Of a DNA stretch of 64,000 bases, positions 53,773 to 64,000 are shown one piece after another. The DNA comes from Octopus sinensis. Its lineage: Eukaryota. The stretch's first letter is position 1; each line of letters opens with the position of its first letter. The stretch is taken from positions 98,084,001 to 98,148,000 of the forward strand of contig NC_043006.1 of NCBI RefSeq assembly GCF_006345805.1. The letters are read 5' to 3'. The notes beneath the pieces are model-generated. The model had not been told where the DNA came from, did not search any database, and saw nothing but the letters and a program-made list of their open reading frames with translations. The translations under genes and the position numbers were made by a program.

Positions 53773-54727
53773 GCTAAGCAAATTACAATGGGTAGAATAA
53801 TGTCTGCAGAGTTCATAGAGGATATTATTGAGATTAATATGTCATTTAATTGCTTCTTCATTTCGATTAGTATTTTTAGCAGATTTTGTTTTCATTACTC
53901 TAAAAAAAAATATCGTATGTCAGTATTCAATTTGACCTAATATTAAATATTGTAGAGATTGAATGCGATGTATGATTTACGTAGTTTAGTTTATGTCTGA
54001 AGATTTTATTCGTACGTAAACTGTATGCTTTAATATGCTTAATAAGATATTGTCTGTAATATAACACAGAAATTAATGACGATGACAACTGAACACATAT
54101 GTTACAAATACCACTACTTTTGTTGTTGCTTCCCCTCCTAATCCTCCTCCTCTTACTGCTACTACTACTACTACAACTACTAGTACTAGTAGTAGTACTA
54201 CTACTGATGATGCTGCTGTTGCTGGTTTCAAGTTTTTGTACAAGTTCAACAATTTTCGGGGAAAGCCAATGATTTTATGAAGTCAGCATCATCGACCGTA
54301 GTTCATGACTGGAATATTTATCTTATCTAGCCCGTAAAAAATAGATTCGACCTGGGCACAATTGGAAAGTATGAGCTATTGAAGGAAGTGGAGGAAGATT
54401 CTAATCATTGAAGTAGTGACCGGAGCATTGTGATGCAAATCGGACATTTTCGATGACTGTGCAAAAAAGAAAATAATTGGAATTAATGCAAAGTTAAAGG
54501 TCATGCAAGATACAGCACTTTGTATAGCAAAATTTCTAAAGAATTCTATGTAAAGAGAAGGAAAGAAAGCAGTAAGGGACCATTTTTAACTTGTTGCCTA
54601 CTCACTACCTGAAATGCCCGGACAGTTCAACATCTAAGTCTCCGAGATGTACAACAATGACTGACAACAACATAAAGCAATAATAACAATGTTTAAAAAG
54701 TGACACCTACGCCCCCATAAGTATGTA

Positions 54728-54930
54728 CTGGTTTCAAATTTTCACACAAGGCCAGCTTGTTTGTTGGCGGATGCTAGTCGATTACGTCGGCACCAGTTGT
54801 TCAACTGGTACTTAATTTATCGACCCCCGGAAGGATAAGTCAACTACGGTGGAATTTCAACCCACAGCTTCTAGACAGACGAAATAGAATTTTTTCCGGT
54901 GTACTAGCGATTCTGCCAGCTCACCACCTT
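54728..54930 (-). mobile_element. SINE family B, diverged copy
   Basis: CTGGTACTTAATTTATCGACCCC..GGAATTTCAAC..TTCTGCCAGCTCACCACCT is the reverse complement of family B. Confidence 0.75.
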
Positions 54931-56248
54931 TCCATACGTATACATTAAAACATATGTGGTGGGGTTATAAATTACATGTGCATGAAAGTATATAATCACT
55001 AAACTGTACATGGTCGACGGTATAGATTAATAGTTAAAAATTTTCCGTTTACATCAATGAGAATTCTAATATACTTTGCCGATGCGCTATCCTGGGCAAG
55101 TCCATTTCCATACCCCAAATATCAGTGCCCTTCAGTAGATTTCTGTAGACAGATAAATCGCGTTAGCCTAACCGATGTTCAGTAGCTTCAATTCAAAGAT
55201 TGAGAGTTGCATTCTATCGCTCTGATTCTGCATGATGTGTCTGTTGGACAGTCAGAGTTTTTACCCGCTTAATGAGGAACTTGTTTGACCAATAGGACGA
55301 ACTACTTAACTTCCATGTGTAATAATCAATAGGAGAGCCCCTTATTAATATATAGATAAATATTGGTATATCATAGCTTAATGTTCGATATGAAGGGTAT
55401 CAAATATTGTAAGCGATTTAGATGATAAATTTCTACTTTAATGACTTTGTTTTAAGCCTAATCACGAAATTTGAATTCATGTAAATCATTTACCTCGTGT
55501 CAACGGCATTAAGTTCACTATGAGTCACTGACGTCTCCTTCTCGTCAACTTAGCAGTTCTAATGCTATCATTCTAAAATCCTTCATCTGCTCAAATATCT
55601 TATGTCATAGTTAATCCGATAACCATCTAATTATTAGTGTTCATTACAACAGAAGTTAATTTCAACAATTCGACGTAGAGATGAACACTTTAGTTACAAT
55701 CCGACATTTTACTACATTGCTTTATCTTTATTCTATCTCCATTTCTCGCTGAAGATCAATAATTAACGGCATAATGATGTGCTTTACTTCATAATAATTA
55801 AACCAAAAGGATGCAAGAAAAAGAGTGGCATGAACACCAATACACATGTCTAAACATGTCTCAGATTTTCTTTTGTTTTCGTTGATTTGAATTCCAAATT
55901 CAAATTCCATTGGAGCGACTTTAATCACCGCAGTCAATAAACTAATTTCAGATCATATAATGGCGTCAGTTTAATCGACTATGCCCACCACTTTGAAAAT
56001 CTTTGGTCTTTTGTCTATGAAGGTAATCAATTTTAATTTCTAAAGTTTTTATCTTGAGTTGTTATTTCATTTCAGCTTAATTATTATTTTTTCCCTAATA
56101 TGAATGTTATAGAATTATATACAAACACACACACACACACACACAAACACACACACGCACGCACACTAACACGTTTACACACACACACCTACATACATAT
56201 ATCTATATTTATATTTATATCTATCTATCTATCTATCTATCTATATCT

Positions 56249-56279
<31 letters not shown>

Positions 56280-56282
56280 TAT

Positions 56283-56321
<39 letters not shown>

Positions 56322-56330
56322 CTATATATA

Positions 56331-56395
<65 letters not shown>

Positions 56396-59300
56396 AATAT
56401 ATGACTGTGTTTTTATCCAAAATGGAGATGAGCACAATTCGTCCATGTGATCATGTGATCGACATGAGATATTTTTAAGATACTAAGATATGTTTCTTAA
56501 CATGAAACAAATGGTAGCGTTAGTACACAAATAAATAAATTCTAGCCACGAACGTGGTGTTTAGCATTCATTCTCATCGTTCGTCATTTAGGCATACACA
56601 CACACATTCATGCATACATCTATGCGTGTGTGTATATATGTGTGTTTATGTACAGATACATGCAGGCATATACACAACGATTATTGAAGTCGTGTGAACA
56701 TCTTTCTCTTTCAGATGATGACGTTTTGTGTACTTAGGAAGCTTCAAATACTCATGATAATTGTTTCATAGTAACTATTTGAAAATAGAGTACTTCTGAA
56801 GCGAAGGATTAGCCGATACGCCCGAACCTACCCCAGTACTTGGTTTGTACTTTATTTTTATGATCATCTGATCGAGACAAAATTAGCCGCAGTGATACGT
56901 GTATCCAGAGCTTAGTAAACCTGGGTAAATAACATTTGGAATTTTGAGCAGCATTGTAAATATTCTGTCAAGCCACCAAACTACAATTATAAGGTTGATA
57001 AAGGTATTTAACTTTGCCAAAAGGCCAAAAGCTTGTGGGAGCCCGAGCTGGAACAATTATTGTAATATATTTTCTGCAGCGCCCTCTCTATTCTGTTTGG
57101 TGCCCCAATTATTAGAATGTTGTTAATAAACCTCTGACGTTCTTTGAGGTATTTAGGGTTTATCCTTTTCTTCTTTTAATATGTACAAAGTAAAATCCAA
57201 CTAAGACATCTAAAATAATCCTGTTTTGTCATGCAATGATATAATTACGTGTTTTGCATCCTGTGCTAATTACTTTCGTACAATTAGATGGAAAGTATCC
57301 ACTACTTTATCTCGTCAGCAACCAAAATTTGTGAGTGACATCAAATAAACAGACGCTCCTGTAACTTCACCACAGTGCCTGCACCAATAATTAAATAGTA
57401 GAATTAATCGCTTGCCTTGGTTAACAAATCTGACTCGTGTATATTGTTATTGAAATTGATACTGTAATCATTTGAACCAGCCTGAAGATTAACTAATGTT
57501 CATGGTCTCTTTCCTTGCAGACATATATTCAATAAGGTAGGTTTTACTTCGCGATCACTTAAAGCCTTTCAAATTACGGCTTGAAACCTTGAAATATAAC
57601 CTTGAAATACGAAACACTTCTTATTGAAACATGCATTAAAATAACCTTGATTTAATATAATTCAGATATATTTTTATTTACACTGAGCGCCAAAAATCTA
57701 CCATTAAAATTTAGTATCATTTACGTACATACTTATGGTCATATTTCGATTTTGGCTGACATTGTAACCGAAAATTATCTATTGTGTCCAGCGCAGGTCT
57801 ATTTCTTTTTTTCCCTCGTATATATTGAAAAAGAATTTTACATAAAGATAATTTAATACTTTTGAAGAAATTCCAGCTGTACTTGGTTACTCCATTCGGA
57901 ATGTAATTGTAAACAATCATCTCTGACTTGGAAATTTAATTGATGCCAAAATCTTATGCAATATCTAATTGTATTTGCCTTTCTTACCACAAAGCTTGCT
58001 TATGCATAACGAGAATATCAAAGCACTTTCAATTTCAACTTGAAAATACTATTATTGATAGAAATAGATAAATGTCTCCTCATTAAAAATGACATTTTCT
58101 GATTTATAGAAAAAAAAGAAATCGTTGATTATTGTAAACTAACAAAACACCTGGCATTATAATTATTTTATTAGTTACCCCAAAACAATTTTACCTTCAA
58201 ATATATTAATTTAACCTTTGATGAAATTGCATATGTCAGAAATAATATAATTGTTTCTATTCTACATGGATTGTTAAGTGTAACAGAAAGCTTAGAACGA
58301 TATTCAGTGAGAAATAGCTAAGTTTCCACACCAAGTTCGAAAAACGACGTCAAAATGTTTCACACGAAAAACAGCGCTCTACATAAAGCCGCATAACGTC
58401 TTCCCATACTTCTAGTTAAGAAAAGGAAAACAATGTCTTGTATTTGATATAAGACAGGCTTTTGAATCCATGCATTCAAAGAGTATGTTGAAATCATTTG
58501 CACTTTAAATATTTCTCATTGAACCCATTTTCTGAGAAATTTGAACCATTATATATTATATGAAATATTTATTTCATTTAATATATATTTCCTCATAAAG
58601 TTTCATTAAATTTTCTGAAATTATATGAGCTTCACTTGCTTTTGCTAGTCGATAATCGAAACGATATAAAGCGAGTAAAGCACTTTGGATTTTCAGATGA
58701 ATGAAGAAAAACAGTTTTTCTACGACTCAATTCCAAACGGTTTAACATTTTTTCAACTGGAGTTTTAAAATTTGATTATATTGATTATAAATGTCACATC
58801 GTGTTATTTTATCTTAAAGATTCTCTGAAGTGTTAATGCTACGTAAGTCATCTGAATATTCAATTAAGTTATGAAACGAGAATTCCTGTTTACATTTGAT
58901 TTTCTTCGTTCGGAGAGAGTGAAGTAAACACGCCTACATTCCACGCTTATATTTTACGCTGTTTCATTTTAAAATACACAATCATATACATTAAAAACAG
59001 ATAATATAGTTATAGCTATAAGTGAAAACATTTTCAGGATGAATTACACAAACAAAATTGTATTATTTGCTGATTAGAATATATTAAGAAAGCATTGGAT
59101 CATGTTTAACAGAGTAATATTTAAAATAAGATACGAAAAATCATATATAATGTAATTTCTTCAGATGTATAAGTGAGTGCAGAAAAAAAATTCATGTTGA
59201 CTACAGTATTTGATTTAAATAAACTTTTTGCACTTCACTGTTTATGCAGTCGTGCTTAGTTAATTAGAACATCACATGAAAATATCTAATTATGGATATA

Positions 59301-59588
59301 TATTAATGAAGCCAACATGGCATCAAGGGCTACTAGAAATGCATTGATAACCTGATGTATTTGTTTATGATAAAATGAAACTATAAAATTACAGACTTTT
59401 CATTTTAATATTTTAAAAGTACACTTATGATCTGTGCATATTCCGTAAGTTTATTTTAGTGAAGGTAACTGACGTGTTAGTATTCGGTGTGACTAACAGT
59501 TCCATAGAAATATATGCAGGGTAACCTCATTCTATTAAACATGCATACTTACGTGTATATATACACAAAAAAGGAAAAACTTAATTGT

Positions 59589-60057
59589 CACTAAACATGA
59601 CTAGGGTATTAGAAACACCTACATTGCTAGAAACAAGAGCTAAAATGTTGTACTGATGTAATCAAAAAACATGATTGTATACATATATACTGACAGGGAC
59701 TATAATAACCCGAAAATACCGATCGAGAATTCCCTATGCCTACCGGTGAGTTTATGGCAATTTTAGTTTCCGAATCAAGGACCGCTTGACTTCGGCTGAA
59801 TCCGGACTGAATTTTCTGTAATAATATATAATATATGTTTTCACCATAAGAATCTATGGATGATTTAGCAAATCGCTAATGTGTTTACAGAACATTAACA
59901 TTGACTGCAGTGTGCAAAAGTTTTAGCAAACTGGAAAACTATTATCGTCGCTAAATATGACTAGGATGTTAGATACACCTACATTGCTTAAAATAAGAGC
60001 TAAAATGTTCTAATGCTGTAGGCAAATCACATGACTGTTTACATATATACTGACAGA
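59589..60057. repeat. Diverged ~108 bp direct repeat, 360 bp apart
   Basis: CTAAAYATGACTAGG..ACACCTACATTGCT..AAGAGCTAAAATGTT..ACATATATACTGACAG twice. Confidence 0.85.
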
Positions 60058-60809
60058 AACTATGTTGTAGGGAATTAGTACACCCCTCCCACGTGATGAG
60101 TGGAATGAGTGTCCACCACCAGGAGTGAGGGTGGAATTCAAAGAGTTGCCACCAGCAGTGGATCTAATAGATATTGAACCACTGATAAAGTATTATTAAA
60201 AAGAAAAATAAGTCTGTTAAATTGTAGGAAAAAAAAGAAAGAGTAAAGTGTTTTATGTTATCTTTAGGAAAATAATGGTGAAAAACAAAAAAAAAGAACA
60301 ATTGTAGATAACGTATATAACGGTTCAAATGGTACCACATGAGTGTGGGGCCCATGCGACCATTTTAATCTTTTAATTTTTATATAATTTCATCTCTTTT
60401 ACATTCGTTTTATTATTTTTGTTCCCACTGTAGTCGTGTCTGTCCTTGTGATGTCCCCTCTGTGTTTGGGGCCTTATGCCTAATAAAGAAATCAATACGT
60501 AGACTGTGTTTGTCGTGTCTGTGCTGATCTAGTTATTGTACAACGATACTAAGTGGACGTTATAACCATCCAACCTTTGAGGATAAGAACACAGTTAAAT
60601 TCTTCTATAAATCCTAATCTAAATTCACCCCCCTTATAACACTAACATACAAACCTCCATGATCGTTAACACATAACCCTGTATATCTCTTCTATCAACC
60701 TTACGTTAGCACTTATATGGTAAATGATAATTCTTTAATTTAATTTTAAACCATAACCTAATAATTCCCCTAATATTTAATTCTAACACTTATTCCTAAA
60801 TAATTTAAC

Positions 60810-61240
60810 GTTCTCCTAGTTTCTCCACTCATGACTACCTAAACAGTTTGGCGCCTCCCATATCACGATCATCAACCACCTACATCGTCTCAGCAAGGTC
60901 AGCAAGCTTGGAAAATGGGTGCCACAAGAATTGACTGAAGCGAACAAACAAGAACGTGGATCTGCATGTCAAAGTCTGCTCTGGCGAAGCGGAAGATTCG
61001 ATTGGTTGGTGTCAGTAATCACTATGGATGAAAAGTGCAAAAGAAGTTTATGATCTCCGTTTGGTGGGAGTGCCATGGTGTGATAATGCTGGATCTTCTA
61101 CTACGCAATGCTACCGTTGACAAGGATGTCTACTGCGAACAAATTGCTCGTCTAAAGATCGCGCTGGCTGAAAAATGCTCAAATTTGAAGAAGAGAATTT
61201 AGCACCAAGACAACGCGCAAGAACATCGTGCAAAGAAGAC
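60810..61240 (+). pseudogene. Mariner transposase fragment
   Basis: HLHRLSKVSKLGKWVPQELTE..VITMDEK..HQDNA. Confidence 0.85.
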
Positions 61241-61465
61241 GTGTGTTTGTGTGTCTGTGTTTGTCCCCCTAGCATTGCTTGACAACCGATGCTGGTGTGT
61301 TTATGACCCCGTTACATAGCGGTTCGGCAAAAGAGACCGATAGAATAAATACTTGGCTTACAAAAGAATAAGTCTCGGGGTCGAGTTGCTCGATTAAAGG
61401 CGGTGCTCCAGCATGGCCGCAGTCAAATGACTGAAATAAGTAAAAGAGTAAAGAGTAAAAGAGAG
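61241..61465 (+). mobile_element. SINE family A 3' half
   Basis: High identity to 3' half of full copies, with (AAAAGAGT)n tail. Confidence 0.88.
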
Positions 61466-61493
61466 TATATATATATACAACCACACAGGTGTA

Positions 61494-61524
<31 letters not shown>

Positions 61525-61571
61525 ATATATATATAATATATATATATATATACAACCACACAGGTGTAATG

Positions 61572-62843
61572 GTGTCTTTCTGTCTGTGCGTTTGGGATTA
61601 CTCTAACTCCAACCACACAGTCCAACCGATTTTAATGAATTTTGGCACATACATAGATCACATAACATGAAGTTTAAATAAGAAAACTCGATAATGCTCA
61701 CTTGGCATTGATTTTTGTGAGCGCAGTCGGGCGTTTGAATGGAAATTCCCATAACGATGTTATTTTCCCAGTAGCTTTTGCACTTCTTGTTCGATCTTGG
61801 TGAAAAATAGATGAGTGAACGAGGATCATGGCAGTGAGTTGATCTCAGTATATGGCGTTGACAAAAAATCAGTAATTGCGCCTAAGCAGTGGTTTTATAA
61901 AATCAATAGGCTTTTTGTGTGCAAATACCCATAGGGATTTCATTTTTGGCCGTAACTTTTAAACATTTTATCCGATTTTAATGAAATTTGGGATGTAGGT
62001 AAATTTTGTGGTTGAGGAGTCGGTAAAGGGATTTATTTAATTCAAAAGGGCTTGAAAAGGGCACACACACAAATAAGCATTTCCTTAGAGACATTCTTAT
62101 CGATTTTGTAGAAATTTTACACGTCCCTTAGTGGATGCCAGAATAAAGAGTTGACAAAAATCGATAATTGATCGTGAACGGAGGATTTTAAGAAACCAAT
62201 AGGCTTTTCGTACGCAATTATCCATAAGATTATTATTTTATGATGTAACTTTACAGAAGTTATCTGATATTTATGAAATTTGACATTTAAGTAATGTTTA
62301 TGGTCCAAGTCATGAAGTAGAATCCAAATTAAACTTGTGAAAGGCAGATATCGTCAAAATTCACGCAATAAAATAATGAGCTCATTTTGAAGAAAATTGA
62401 CCCACGAGTTAAATTAAGCACTTCGACCTATGAAACAGCGATTATTCATATAATGTATTGGGATTTGAAAGTCAATGGGATATTTCCATGTAAATAGTCA
62501 CATGGATTCTATTTTATGCCATAACCTTAACACATTTCTTCAGATTTTGCTGCGATTGGACACGCTGATCAATTTTGTACAGAGAGTGACATTAAGGGAA
62601 TAGAAACATACAAACATCACTCACAATGGGTCGAGGTACGCTCAAAATTTTGAGTGCGATTTCAGACGGTCCATTATGTAAGAGTATGTCGAAAGCGTTA
62701 ACCAGGTAAAATCCCTGTCTAAAGAGATATAACATCGTAATGTGTAATAGTTGGGATGGGGAATGTAGAAGATTTCAATACAAGGTCAGAGGTGGGCTTA
62801 ACTTAAAAACGGAAAACACCAGCAACGCCGGGTCAACAGCTAG
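61572..62843 (+). mobile_element. Non-autonomous Helitron-like element with internal subrepeats
   Basis: TGTCTGT start, about six diverged CCGATTTTAATGAAATTTGG-type motifs, 3' AGCAACGCCGGG..AGCTAG|T like 11383. Confidence 0.7.
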
Positions 62844-62864
62844 TATATATATGTATATATATAT

Positions 62865-62900
<36 letters not shown>

Positions 62901-63064
62901 CACGACGAGTTTCTTTCAGTTTCCGTCTACTAAATACTTTCAAAGCTTTGGTCGACCCGAGGATATAGTAGAAAACACCAGCCCAAGGTGCCATGCTGTA
63001 GGACTGAACGCGGAACCATGTGGGTGAGAAGCAAGCTTCTCACCACACAGCCACGCCTGCGCCT
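62901..63064 (-). mobile_element. SINE family A 5' half, diverged
   Basis: TTCTTTCAGTTTCCGTCTAC..ACCACACAGCCACGCCTGCGCCT. Confidence 0.8.
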
Positions 63065-63197
63065 GTGTATATATATATCCACATATGAATTGCACGGTGT
63101 TCATTTATGTCTACTCTTCTATGTATGTGGCAATGTGCGTACAGCCTTTCCCTTTCAGTATTCGTAAATGTGTCAGCTTCATGCATTTGTATACACA

Positions 63198-63237
<40 letters not shown>

Positions 63238-63898
63238 GATATATATATAGACATACGTTCGCACGTGCACGTCTGCACGCATGCTCACATACACACACAT
63301 ACACACACATGTGCATTCCTATTCATACTAACTACCTCTTGCCGTAGATAAATGTTTCTTGATTTGATTAATTCTAATTCTTGCAGAGGTTGTGAACTTA
63401 ACGAATAGACGATGAGAAATTGTAGAGAAATTGTGGACGTTGAAGGAATAAAATGTAATATGCAATATCAACAATGGTCATTTTCTTAATTCCTCAATAA
63501 TATTCAGTTCCGCTTCATATGCGAATACCTTAAAATGTAATTTGCTAAATGCTATTCATTGACATGAGCTAAGACGTCATTATGTACTGTTTCGCGTGCC
63601 CAGAATATGATTCTTCATTCTGTCTATCTGTAGCGATCAGCAGAGCAGAAAGCTGCATAGTCTTAATAACATTTATCTTTGAGAGACGTATGTCGTATTT
63701 AAGAAACAGTGGGGTACATATAATCTAAATTGGATGTATCTTTCAAGTGTCCATCGCTTTTGAAAGAATTCTGGAATGTTGCCATACACGGTGCTGCTAA
63801 TGATGCATGGTAATGTCTCTTACTTTCTCAGACGTAAAAAGAAACAACGGGGAAAGACTCAGCGAGGTTGTGCGCGGCCGAGAACTGAAACATATCCA

Positions 63899-63940
<42 letters not shown>

Positions 63941-64000
63941 GTGTGTGTGTGTGAGTGTGTGTGTGAAAAGGTAATGAAAGAAGAAGGATGCATGAATTGA

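Overview
AT-rich, microsatellite-saturated eukaryotic DNA. From recall, the SINE and simple-repeat landscape resembles an octopod cephalopod (inference). Almost every ORF in the supplied track is a translation of simple repeats. The window is mostly decayed mobile elements: a Dong/R4-type LINE and a second fragment, a near full-length Penelope-like element (PLE) plus several PLE fragments and putative solo terminal repeats (pLTRs), a full-length mariner, Tc1/mariner relics and a MITE, two non-autonomous Helitrons, CR1-, RTE- and hAT-like relics, and many copies of three tRNA-derived SINE families. A possible spliced 3' end of an unidentified host gene lies at 1251-2189. The most interesting signal is RNA structure. 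There are several type I minimal hammerhead ribozyme motifs in PLE terminal repeats. Three further motifs (38847-38907 -, 41482-41555 -, 52234-52297 +) contain all three hammerhead strands, with stems I and III paired, but in a non-circularly permuted (pseudoknotted) order. All calls are by eye; no searches or folding were run.
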